A stretch of DNA of 64,000 nt, taken from assembly GCA_030390025.1 (NCBI GenBank), contig CM059430.1:61690001-61754000 (forward strand), written 5' to 3'. The notes under the pieces are model-generated. The model was not told the DNA's origin and did no database searches. It saw nothing but the letters and a program-made list of their open reading frames with translations. Source of the DNA: Squalus acanthias (taxonomy: Eukaryota). How positions within the stretch are numbered: the first letter of the stretch is position 1; the number at the start of each line of letters is the position of its first letter. Of the stretch, positions 38,426 through 49,599 are shown in pieces. The position numbers and the translations under genes were made by a program.

Positions 38426-39567
38426 CAGTTGGCTGCTTCAGATATGGATGACAACCTAAGCCTAATTGATTACTATTCTCTCCAATGCAGGAACACTCAG
38501 CTCAATCATGCCACTACTGTAATAGTTGTTTCTGAGGTCACCTAATACAGAAGACTGCAAGGACGATGGCTTCACCAAATAAGCGAACAGGTCATGGTAA
38601 GCAACCATACAATCTGAAACAATACAGATATATAGTGAATGGGTTTAGTGTCAGCATGAATATTCAATGAACGTACATATGTAAACCAAACTCATACCGG
38701 ACATTTGATCGGAGGATGGTGCTAATGGGATACGCATAGGCTGTGGTAGACACTGCAGTCATTTAATAGAAGCCACGAGGACAGCACTTGTGAATTCAGG
38801 TGGATCTGGGAGCTATGATCGGGCAACAGGATGAGGGGATTCACTATAACGCACAACAAAATATAGCTCACACGATCTGCCGTTCCACTTTCACTCTTGT
38901 TTTCTCATTTGTTAGTTTCAACGTTCATAGGAAATAATACCAGAAGGTTAATAGGGATGAGGTTGGCCAGTCTGTTCATCCGACAGCTCACCATCACAGC
39001 TGAAGTCAAGCGTGTTGTTACATTTGCACAACCATGGATCAGACAAATATGCTCCTTTATTTACAACAGAACGTGAGTCGCTGGATGTTGACATATGCAT
39101 TTAATCTCATTAACATGGCGAACTCGATTGGTTAGCGTAATGGCGCTCGGGCATTCAATGCACAGACAGGATTTTTTTTACACTGATCAGGGTTTGCTGT
39201 AGTAATAGGCGGAACAAAATACGCCACAGGAACAAGAAAGGAGCACTCACAGTCTTGAGTTTTCTCCGTGTTTCCGCCAAGAGAGAAGTGCAATCTGGAG
39301 GCAAACAAGTTACATGGCTTTAAAGATGGCGCATTTTTGCGTAAGTGAGCTGCACGAGTAGCTGCAATACACCTAAGTATCCTAGATCTATTAAGTGGAT
39401 GCATTAAACCCTGAGTCTGCACGACTCTCCGCCCACAATGCTTTCGAACAATGGAAATATATCAATTGAAATTGTACATTTAGGCACGTGATATTACATG
39501 CCACTCTAGATCACGTGCAAACCCCTGGCTTCCAAAGCCCCAGGAACTTGGTGGCTCCTTGCAGCTT

Positions 39568-39601
39568 ATGGCCAGTCTAATGTTCGTCACTCAGAATGGC
39601 G
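39568..39601 (+). CDS. Putative leader exon of the VJ-C1 receptor gene
   Basis: ATG GCC..GGC G|GTGAGC: MASLMFVTQNG with a phase-1 donor that matches the V exon 263 bp downstream. The hydrophobic core is short, so the true start may differ. Confidence 0.55.
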
Positions 39602-39864
39602 GTGAGCTCCGCGCTTTTGTGCATATCTTTGGTTGGAGTTCTTTACAGAGGTGTGTTTGTTTATCTTACCGCTCCAAGCTTATCCAAAAAAAGTTAATAT
39701 TAACTAAAGACGTTATGCTTTGTGCACAATTCTTTCTTCCGTTTTTCTCATAGTTTTATTAATGTGGTTACTTTTCTTGTTTTTTTCATTTCTAAGTCAT
39801 AATATTTGTTCTTTTTCTAAAGTATGCAAACTATTATGACAACATTTTTTTAATTTTCTGATAG

Positions 39865-40170
39865 CCGCTGAAGTAACTTCGAGCAAAGTGGATCAATTCC
39901 CTAAATTAATGGAGGTTGCAAGCGGTACAAATGTTTCCATGTTCTGCACATTTCCCATATTTCAAGATGCCCCTGATGTTTATTGGTGGAGACGGGGCGA
40001 GGAGACATTTCTGGAGCCAGACAGCAGAAAGCAATTTAATGTAAAAAAGGGAAGTGGGTCATTTGATGTCCTGAATGCGAGTGTCGCCGACTCCGGAATG
40101 TATTATTGTAAAGTAAAACATCATCAAAAATCTATTGGAGATGGAAGTGGCTCCCAGCTTACTGTGTACG
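39865..40170 (+). CDS. Ig V-set exon with germline-joined J-like G strand (VJ)
   Basis: Acceptor ttttctgatag|, donor G|GTAAGT, 306 nt, open. AAEVTSSKVDQFPKLMEVASGTNVSMFCTFPIFQDAPDVYWWRRGEETFLEPDSRKQFNVKKGSGSFDVLNASVADSGMYYCKVKHHQKSIGDGSGSQLTVY contains the B-strand Cys, C-strand Trp, DSGxYYC and GxGSxLxV. Confidence 0.93.
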
Positions 40171-40789
40171 GTAAGTGTCATTGTGCCGGGGAGTGGGAGA
40201 TTCTTAGCAGAGTGCGATATATGTAAAACTCAGTAGTGAGGGTAATTTGAACTTTTATCACTTAACGAAAACCAGGTGATAGCAAATTCGTTTTACACTT
40301 CTCCCGATTATCTTTTCCATTGACCCCGGTGGACAACGGCCCGCCGATTCGCTAGCGCCCGGTTTGCACTACTGCCCCAGATCAATTTCACCCCTTCATT
40401 GTCCGCACGACATTCCAAAGTGCTTTGCATCCAATGATTTCTTTTGGAAGTGCAGTTACAATTGTTATGGAGGCAAGATACTTAAATAGTATAAATGTTT
40501 AAATATTGGCTTGAAATTAATAACTCGGATTAGATAGCCAAATTCCTTCTCACCAAAATAACGGTGCCAAGGAGCGACAATGGGAACAATTTTAACACTT
40601 CCGAGGTCAGGTATTTTATACTTCATTAAAGGCCAGCTTCTGCAACCGAACAAGGTGTCTTCATTACAAATTCAGCAGAACAATGTCCTGCTACAATCGT
40701 GGTTATTGCATGAACCAGGGCACATTTTGGCCCCACTGCTTGAAATTTCCAATCAAATATTTTCTGTACAGAATTGTCCAAAATCTGGA

Positions 40790-40980
40790 ATTCTCTCTCC
40801 CAGAATGCTGTGGGACAATTGAAGCTTTCAAGATTGAGATGGATAGATTTTTGTTAGGTGCGGGTATCAAAGGATATGGAGTTAAGTGGTCAAATGGATT
40901 TGAGGTACAGTTTAACAATCATCTAACTGAATGGCGGGGCAGACTCGAGGAGCTAAATGGACTCCTCCTGTTCCTATATC
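40790..40980 (+). mobile_element. CR1 3'-end fragment in the V-C1 intron
   Basis: FKIEMDRFL..GIKGYG followed by CR1 3' UTR-like sequence. Confidence 0.75.
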
Positions 40981-42198
40981 CGCAGTTTAGGCTGTGTACT
41001 TGCTTCCACTGAAAACTTATTTGAGACTGCCAAACTCATTTCAAAAAGGAATCGTATAGCCCATTGAGAGGGGAAATGTTGGTCCTACCCTCAATGCTGG
41101 ATTCCACCCCAAGTCCTAGATCTTGCAAGAAAGTGTATCAACGCAATGCCCCTGTTTGAACCTCTGTTTTACGCCAATTGGACTCTCATACACTTACAAT
41201 CTGTAAAGTACGGGCAGATTCTCGCCGAAATTACTATATACTCGTGAGCTCCCTTGTTTGTAATTCATGATTTCCATTTACAATCTTCCAATCCCAGACT
41301 GAAGTTACTGCAGGAGATTAAGTCAACACTTTCGTCCTCTTCCTCCACGGAAATTCTACCGCATTACATTTTATACCTAAACAGATCAGTGGTAAAGGAA
41401 TGGAGGAATTCTAAGCTTTGGTTGGGCAGTCAACACGGTACTGCTGGGAATAAAGGCTAACATAACTTTCCAAGTTAATAATGCCCCTGATTTAAAAGAT
41501 TGGTATTACTACAAAGTCGGGAAAGTAAACATTTAAAGAAAAGATGTTAAGGAGATTGTTTGGAATAAACTGACGAAAGAATGCAAACCTAATAAGGGAC
41601 TCTACTTTCAGCTAAAGAGTGACTCTTACTCCAGCTGACAAAGCTTCACATTAGTATAAGCCGATTGTAGGACTGATATAAGCAAAATCTTCTTCAGGCA
41701 AAACGTGTTCAACAGACCGAATAGACTTGGGGAAGGACAAAACCCCTGGAATTATATAAGACGTGCACTCTGAGTTAGGAATTCCAATTCGGTTTCTCTC
41801 ATCTGTATGGATGTTGTGATCTACACAGAGATACATCATCACCCATATAATTCTTTCATGACGTGAAAAATATTCTAGCCCACGGTTCGCGCTCTGGAGA
41901 AAGTACATTTAGTGCAAGCTGCACAATCTGAAATCTCCACCGCAGAAACTGAAATGCTGAGTTCGCAACTGTAATGCATGAATTCTAATCTATAGATATG
42001 CCAACATCCTGTCTGCAATCTGTGTAGACATCAGAGATATTTCGATATATTGGTAAGAATTCTTCTTCTCAATATTCACCATTTATATAAAATATGTTTG
42101 CAATATATGAAATACCTAAAAAGCTACCAATTTTGAAATAAACACACAAAATGAGAATGTGCTCCTTTAAGTTGAAAAATACTTTTTTTCTGTTAAAG

Positions 42199-42495
42199 TT
42201 CCCCCCATTCCCCTGAAAATCGCTCCTGTCGAAGGGATTTCAGCGACTTCTCTAAAACTCGAGTGTAAAACGGCTGCCTTTTACCCGGAGCATTTAGAAA
42301 TCTCCTGGCGAAGAGATGGTGTCGAAATTCTGACCGGAATAGCAACTGTGAAAAACAAGAGCGTGGAGGGACTGTTTGAGGTTTCCAGCTCATTCGAAGA
42401 AGCACAGCCTGCCCAGAGCGGAATTGTTTATACGTGTCTAGTATCTCATGTCTCTCTTCTGGTGCCCGCCAGTGTCAGCTACACCGTCAAGCAAG
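42199..42495 (+). CDS. Ig C1-set exon
   Basis: Acceptor tttttttctgttaaag|, donor G|GTAAGA, 297 nt, open, phase 1-1. VPPIPLKIAPVEGISATSLKLECKTAAFYPEHLEISWRRDG...GLFEVSSSF...VYTCLVSHVSLLVPASVSYTVKQ contains the C1 hallmarks LxCxxxxFYP, W and YxCxVxH. Confidence 0.93.
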
Positions 42496-43777
42496 GTAAG
42501 ATTTGGACATATTATGCGTGGAACTGCCGCGAACATCTTTCAAGGGCATTTCTTCGATGACTCAGATTTCTTTGAGTGTTATTAATCTACATCTCTTCTA
42601 TCTATGTATTGACGCCATCAGCACAACTAGGACTATTACTGGAAGTGGCTTCTCCAAATAGTTCATCAATAGACGAGACAGCATTGAACCTAAAATAGAC
42701 CAGGTAGAGCTGTCTAGAAATCTACTGCTCCCCAGACAGAGCCTTTATTTATCACTTTCCAATTCTCCCCGAATGTCATGAGGTTGAATTTACTTCAAAA
42801 GCCTCACGCGCAAAACTTTTGCAAATATCTTCCAAAAATATAAAGAAATTATTACCTGGATTTCCTCCATCCACTGAGCAATTCCTCTCCTCAATTTCTT
42901 GTAGATTGATGGAGCAACACGCATTGCTTCTAAATCTACTCTGGCTACCGGTATAGCTATGGACTCTTTAGACCAATAAATAACAGTTTATGAAGTTTTC
43001 GGAACCGTTTTTTATCACTATGGACGTTAGAGTAAAATTATGGAATGGTGGAAATTACCGTGCAGATGGAAACAATTTGGCACTTGGCCCCTGTGCTGGT
43101 GAGAACCAATCTCCCATGAAGGGAGTCTACGCCAGGCTACTTGTATGAAAATGAGGAACCTTAAGGCAGATAAGACAGCAGGATACACTTCGCAGGTCTC
43201 TGGAGACAGCCCAGTGGGCAGCAAGCTAAACCGGGAGTGTCATGATCAGGTCGTGGTGAAGGGGTTGCGGGGTGGGGCGGCGGTGCCCGGGTTGCAGTAT
43301 CCCAGATTATCGTCATGGGGCACTCTTGCTTTTCCTATTCAAGCAAAAATAATGTAAATGTACATGTTCAGATCTCTTTATCTCTGTCGCTAGCAAAAGT
43401 GGCCACAGAGTGCAGGGCGTACCAGTTATATCTTGAAATGGCCATCGGGATCCCATGTTCACCATAGAACCTCGATTTGGATATGAAGAGTAGCCTACTG
43501 CCTGAGACAAAGGAGATAGCCCCTAGCAACAGGCCCTCTGACAGTGGAAGGCGCCGCTGTCGGCGTTAAAATGCTGCTAAGTCTACCGACCCCGTTTTGA
43601 GGCCATTATAGCACCGTTAACGCCGATTTAGGCAAGTTCAAATCGATCCCCATGGAGTTCGGTTTAAAGTAACTATTTAATGGGCCCATGGCTTTGTATA
43701 AACCAATCATTGTTGCTTCCATACGATAATATTTATATACAACAGTTTTATATCTTGCTTTTAATCCAACATTGTAG

Positions 43778-43891
43778 GTCACAGTTTCAGCATCCGGGTC
43801 CTCATGATTGCTCGGCTTGTTCTGGGTTTTTTGATAATTCTTGCACTGACGGGAATTATTGTGGACCATCTGAAAATAACTTCCAATGAAG
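43778..43891 (+). CDS. Transmembrane exon with intramembrane Arg
   Basis: Acceptor attgtag|, donor G|GTAAGA, 114 nt, phase 1-1; GHSFSIRVLMIARLVLGFLIILALTGIIVDHLKITSNE. Confidence 0.85.
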
Positions 43892-45260
43892 GTAAGAAAA
43901 CACATTATTAATTCAGGAAATCACATATGAAGTATACACACAGATAGGATTGGTTTTATGGAGATGAGAAATGTATTTTTGCCAGCTGTTTGTTTGTAAG
44001 CAGCGGCACAGAGCAGCAGCTGATTAAAAAGAGCAGGATCCCGAACACCAGTGATTAAAAGGAGCGGGGCAGAGAGCAGCAGCTGATATCAGACAAACGG
44101 AGGGAAAAACTCAAAAAATGACATCATTATCCGTATAGAGTGAGGAGTGGCGGGAGCCGAGGAATCATAGTTAATTGTTTAATTTCTCATGAATCAAAGT
44201 ATTACGACCATAGAATGCTTAAGGTAAACAAATAGATCTCAGATCTGAGAAAACGTCGAGGTCGAGAGCGGCATGAAGTAAATGGGTATGATGTAATTGC
44301 CATTACGAGAGACATGGTTTCAGGGTAACCAAAGCTAAGAACTGAATGTTCCAGGGTACTCAACATTTAGGAAGGACAGACAAAAAGGAAAAGGTGGTGG
44401 CGTAGCGCTGTTAATAAGGGAAACGGTCGGTACGGCAGAGATAAAAGATCTTGCCTTGGCAGATCGTGATGTAGAACTGGAATCATTTTGCGTGGAGCTA
44501 AGAAACAGCAAAGTGCGGAAAACATTGGTGGGATAGACCACCAAATAGTAATGGTAATGTAGGGCACAGTATCAATCAAGAGATTAGAACTGCATGTAAC
44601 AAGAGCAATACGGTAATCATGGGGGACTTTAATCTACATATTGACTGGGCAAATCAAATTACCACTAATGGTGTGGAGGATGAATTCTTGGAATGCATGC
44701 GAGATGGTTTCCTGGACCAGAATGTGGAGGAACCAAACAGGGAACAGGCTATTCTGGATCTGGTACTGTGTAATGAGAAAGGGCTAATCAATAATCTTTT
44801 GGTAAAGGGGCCTTTAGGGAAAAGTGACCATAATATGATTGAATTTTACATTAAGTTTGAGCGTAATGTTGTCCAATCTGAAACTGAGGTCTTCAATCTA
44901 AACAGAGGAAACTACAAGGGTATGAGGGACAAGTTGGCCATGGTAGATTGGAAAACTACACTAAAAGGTATGAAGGTGGACATACAATGGCAAAGATTCC
45001 AGTAAATAATGCATAATTTGCAACAAACATATATTTCTCTAGGGCATAAAAAGCCAAAAGGAAAAGTGATCCAACTATGGCAAACAAAAGTAATTAAGGC
45101 TAGTATTAAGTCAAAGGAGGAAGCTTATAAAGTTTCCAGAAAAAGCGGTCAGCCTGAGGATTGGGATCTTTTCAGAAATCAGCAAAGGGGGACCAAGAAA
45201 TTGATACAGAAAGGAAGAATGGAATATTGGCTCAAACTAGCGAAAAATATAAAAACGGAT

Positions 45261-45566
45261 TCACAGAACCCCCACAATGCAGATAGAGGCCATTTCGGCC
45301 CATCGAGCCTGCACCGACACATATCCCACCCTATCCCCGTAACCCCATGTATTTAATCCCCCCTAACACTAAGGGTCAATTTAGCATAGCCAAATCAACC
45401 TAACCCGCACATCTTTGGACAGTAGGAGGAAACCGGAGCACCCGGAGAAAACCCACGCAGACACGGGGAGAATGTGCAAACTCCACACAAACAGTCACCC
45501 GGGGCCGGGTTCGAACCCGAGTCTCTGGCGCTGTGAGGCAACAGTGCTAACCACTATGCCACCGTG
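45261..45566 (-). mobile_element. HE1-like V-SINE (tRNA head, V domain, CR1-derived tail)
   Basis: Minus strand A box TGGCATAGTGG, B box GTTCGAACC, central gtgtggagtttgcacattctccccgtgtctgcgtgggtttt, CR1-type tail gatgggccgaaatggcctct. Confidence 0.85.
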
Positions 45567-46510
45567 TTAGACCGAATTGTAAAAGCTTCTATAGGTATGT
45601 GAAAAGGAAAAGACTGGCAAAGATAAATGTAGGTCCTTTACAGTCAGAGACGGGAGAATCTATAATGGAGAATGAGGAAATGGCCGAGAAATTAAATAAA
45701 TACTTTGTTTCTGTCTTCACGGAGGAAGACACAAAAAACCTCCCAGAAATACGAGAAAACCAAGGGTGTGAGGAGAATGAGGAACTTAAAGAAATTATTA
45801 ATAGCAAATAAACAGTACTAGCAAAATTAATGGGACTAAAAGTCGATAAATCCCAAGGACCAAATGACCTACATCCTAGGGTTTTGAAAGAGGAGGCCAT
45901 TGGAATAGTGGACGCACTGGTTGTCATCTTCCAAAATTCTATAGATTCTGGAACGGTTCCTGCAGATTGGAGGATAGCAAATGTAACGTCACTATTTAAG
46001 AAAGGAGGGAGAGAGATAACGGGGAACTACAGACCTGTTAGCCTCACATCAGTAGTTGGGAAAATGCTGGAATCTATTATAAAGGATGCAATAACTGCGC
46101 ACTTAGAAACTAATAGTAAGATTGGGCAGAGTCAACATGGATTTATGAAAGCGAAATCCTGTTTGACAAACTTATTTGAGATCTTTGAGGATGTAACTAG
46201 TGGAGTAGACAAAGGGGAACCGGTAGATGTGGTGTATCTGGATTTTCAGAAGGCCTTCGATAAGGTCCCACAGAAGAGGTTAGTGAACAAAATTAGGGCA
46301 CATGGAATTGGAGGTAATATACTAGCATGGATTGAGAATTGGTTAACCGACAGAAAACAAAGAGTAGGGATAAACGGGTCTTTTTCAGTATGGCAGGCTG
46401 TGACTAGTGGGGTACCGCAGTGATCGGTGCTTGGGCGCCAGCTATTCACAATCTCTATCAATGCTTTGCATGAGGGGTCTAAATATAATATTTCCAAATT
46501 TGCTGATACC

Positions 46511-48160
46511 TAGAAACATAGAACATAGGAGCGGGAGTAGGCCATTCGGCCCCTCGAGCCTGCTCCGCCTTTCAATGCGATCATGGCTGATCATCAAAAT
46601 TTAGTACCCTGTCCCTGCTTTCTCCCCATATCCCTTGATCCGCATAGCCTTAAGAAATATATCTAACTCCTTCTTGAATGTATTTAATGAATTGGACTCA
46701 ACTGTCTTCTGTGGTAGAGAATTCCACCGATTCAACACTCTCTGGGTGAAGAAATTCCTTCTCATCTCAGTCCTACATGGCTTACCCCTTATCTTTAGAC
46801 TGTGATCCCTGGTTCTGCACTCCCCTGCCATCGGGAACATCCTTCCTGCATCAAGTCTATCTAGTCCTGTTAGAATTTTATAAGTTTCAATGAGATCCCC
46901 TCTCATTCTTCTAAACTCTAGCGAATACAAGCCCATTCGACCCAATCTCTCTTTTTCGTCATTACTGCCATCCCAGGTATCAGTCTGGTGAATCTTCGCT
47001 GCACTCCCTCCATGGCAAGAACATCCTTCCTCAGATAAGGCGACCAAAACTGCACTCAATACTCAAGGTGTGGTCTCACCAAGGCCCTGTACAACTGCAG
47101 CAAGACATCCTTGTTCCTGTACTCGAATCCTCTCGCTATGAAGGCCAACATACCATTTGCCTTCTTAACAGCCTGCTTCACCTGCCTGCTTACCTTCAGC
47201 GAGTGGTGAACAAGGACACCCAGATCGCGTTGCACTTCCCCTGACTGAGCCAAAGTATGTATTTAATTGTTCTGCCATTTCTTTGTTCCCCATTATAAAT
47301 TCCCCTGATTCTGACTGCAAGGGATCTACGCTTGACTTCAGCAATCTTTTTCTCTTCACATAGCTATAGCAGTTTTTACAGTCAGTTTTTATGTTACCTG
47401 CAAGCTTACTCTCATAATCTATTTCCCCCCTCTTAATTAACCCCTTTGTCCTCCTTTGCTGAATCCTAAACTGCTCCCAATCCTCAGGTTTGCTGCTTTT
47501 TCTGGCCAATTTATATGTCTTGGATCTTATGCTATCCCTAATTTCCCTTGTTAGCCACGGTTGAGTCACCTTTTTTGTTTTATTTTTATGCCAAACAGGG
47601 ATGAACACATTCTGTAGTTCATCCATGCGATCTTTAAATGTTTGCCATTGCCTATCCACCGTCAACCCTTTAAGTAACGTTCCCCAATGCATCTTAGCCA
47701 ACTCGCGCCTCAAACCATCATAGTTTCCTTTATTTGAATGCAGGACCCGAGTCTCTGAGTCAACTACTTCACTCTCCATCTTAATGAAGAATTCTATCAT
47801 GATATGATCGCTCCTCCCCAAGGGGCCTCGCACAACAAGATTGCTAATTAATCCTTTCTCATTACATAATACCCAGTCTAAGATGGCCTGATCTCTAGTT
47901 GGTTCATCGACATATTGGTCCAGGAAATCATCCCGTATACACTCTAGGAATTCCTCCTCCACAGTATTGTTACTAATTTAATTAGCCCAATCTATATGTC
48001 GATTAAAATCACCCATGATAACTGCAGTGCCCTTATTGCACGCATCTCTAATTTCCCATTTAATGCCATTCCCAACCTCAGCATTACTGTTAGGGGGTCT
48101 GAAAACAAATCCCACGAACGTTTTCTGCCCCTTGGTATTTCTCAACTCTACCCATACAGA
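46511..48160 (-). mobile_element. Antisense CR1, internally deleted, with intact 3' end
   Basis: ORFs 47165-47962, 47056-47253 and 46601-47059; RT core missing at about 47240; tail ctatgttctatgtttcta. Confidence 0.88.
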
Positions 48161-48384
48161 TTGCAGATTCCAGATGATACAACGCTAGTTGACAGTGTTA
48201 GTTGCGAAGAGGATGTGAAGAGGCTTCAAGGGGATCTCAACAGGCTCAGAAGGTGGGCAAGAACATGGCAGATGGAATATAATGTGGAAAAATGTGAAGT
48301 TATCCACAATGGTAGAAAAAACAAAAAAGCAGATTATTTCCTAATGGTGAAAGATTGGGGAATGCCGATGCACAAATGGACCTG

Positions 48385-49340
48385 AGTGCTTTGCTAACCA
48401 CTCTCTCAATATGTCTTGCCACTTTCAGGGACCTATGCACAGTAACTCCCAGGTCCCTCTGTCCCTGCACACTCTTTAAAACTGTGAAAATAAGTGTATA
48501 TTGCCTCTCCCTGTTCCTTCTGCCAGAATGCATCAACTCACAGTTCTCTGTATTAAATTCCATAAAGGTGCCATACAAGAGGCTATTAAACAAAATTAGG
48601 GCTCATGAGATTCGGGGTAATATACTAGTATGGATTGATGATTAGTTAATTGACAGACACCAGAGAGTAATAAAGGGCTCATTTTCGGGTTGGCAGGCTG
48701 TAACTAGTGGCTTACCACAAGGATCAGTGCCTGGGCCTCAGCTATTCACAATCTACATCAATGATTTGGATGAGGGGACCAAATGTACTATATCCAATTT
48801 TCCTGATGATACAAAGCTGGGTAGGAATGCAAGTTGTGAGGACGATGCGAGGAGGCTTCAAGGGGATATAGGCAGGCTAAGTGAGTGGGCAAGAACATGG
48901 CAAATGTAATATAATGTGGATAAATGTGAAGTTATCCGCTTTGGTAGGAAAAATAGAAAAGCAGAGTATTTATTAAATGGTGAGAGATTGGGAAATGTTG
49001 ATGTTCAGAGGAACCTGGGTGTCCCTGTATACGAATCACTGAAAGTTAACATGCAGGTACATCAAGCAATTAGGAAAGCAAATGGTATGTTGGCATTTAT
49101 TACAAGAGGATTTGAGTATAAGAGTAAAGACGTCTTTCTGCAATTATATGGGCCCTGGTGACACCACACATGGAGTATTGTGTGCAGTTTTGGTCTCCCT
49201 AACTAAGGAAGGATATGCTTGCCATAGAGGGAGTGCAGACTGACTGGTTCCTGGGATGGGGGGATTGTCCTATGAGGAGAGATTGAGTAGATTAGGCTTA
49301 TATTCTCTAGAGTTTGGAAGAATGAGAGGTGATCTCATGT
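48385..49340. mobile_element. Two further CR1 RT fragments (- 48385-48562, + 48563-49340)
   Basis: EFNTENCELMH..QRDLGV on the minus strand; KVPYKRLL..GPQLFTIYINDL..FPDD on the plus strand. Confidence 0.8.
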
Positions 49341-49599
49341 GGGCATAGAGAGTGAGTACCGACAGGCATCACATGGTCGATCCCGATCCCGTCCGCATTA
49401 GACTGGCAATTTCCAGCAGCGGCCCCTGGGTAACAGTCAGATGCAGGATTTAATGCTAACTGCCCTCTTCCTCTCCCTGGTCTCTCAGGCCACTTTTAGC
49501 ATTTTAACTGCTGCCGGAACTTGGATCATTTAACACAACACAGACAGGCAATCCAACCTGGCATCTTCTGGTTTGTATGGCTCGGTGCTATACCCATGG

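Larger units (their letters stand above)
44270..48384 (+). mobile_element. CR1 ORF2 (endonuclease-RT) hosting nested insertions at 45261-45566 and 46511-48160
   Basis: MGDFN, LDLVL..SDHN, YRPVSLTS, YLDFQKAFDKVP; broken at the FADD codons (46510) and resuming at about 48165 (DDTTLVDSVSCEED). Confidence 0.88.

Noticed and set aside
39865-42495. Rearranging TCR or Ig light chain locus
   Set aside because: V and J-like strand are in one exon, no heptamer/nonamer RSS was seen next to it, and there is no array of V or J segments in the window.
39865-43891. Assigning the symbol NCR3 (NKp30), SIRP or TAPBP
   Set aside because: NKp30 lacks a C1 domain, typical SIRPs have two C1 domains, and tapasin has a larger N-terminal region; orthology cannot be shown without a search.
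45500-45566. tRNA gene
   Set aside because: The A/B boxes belong to a SINE head followed by a V-domain body and LINE tail.
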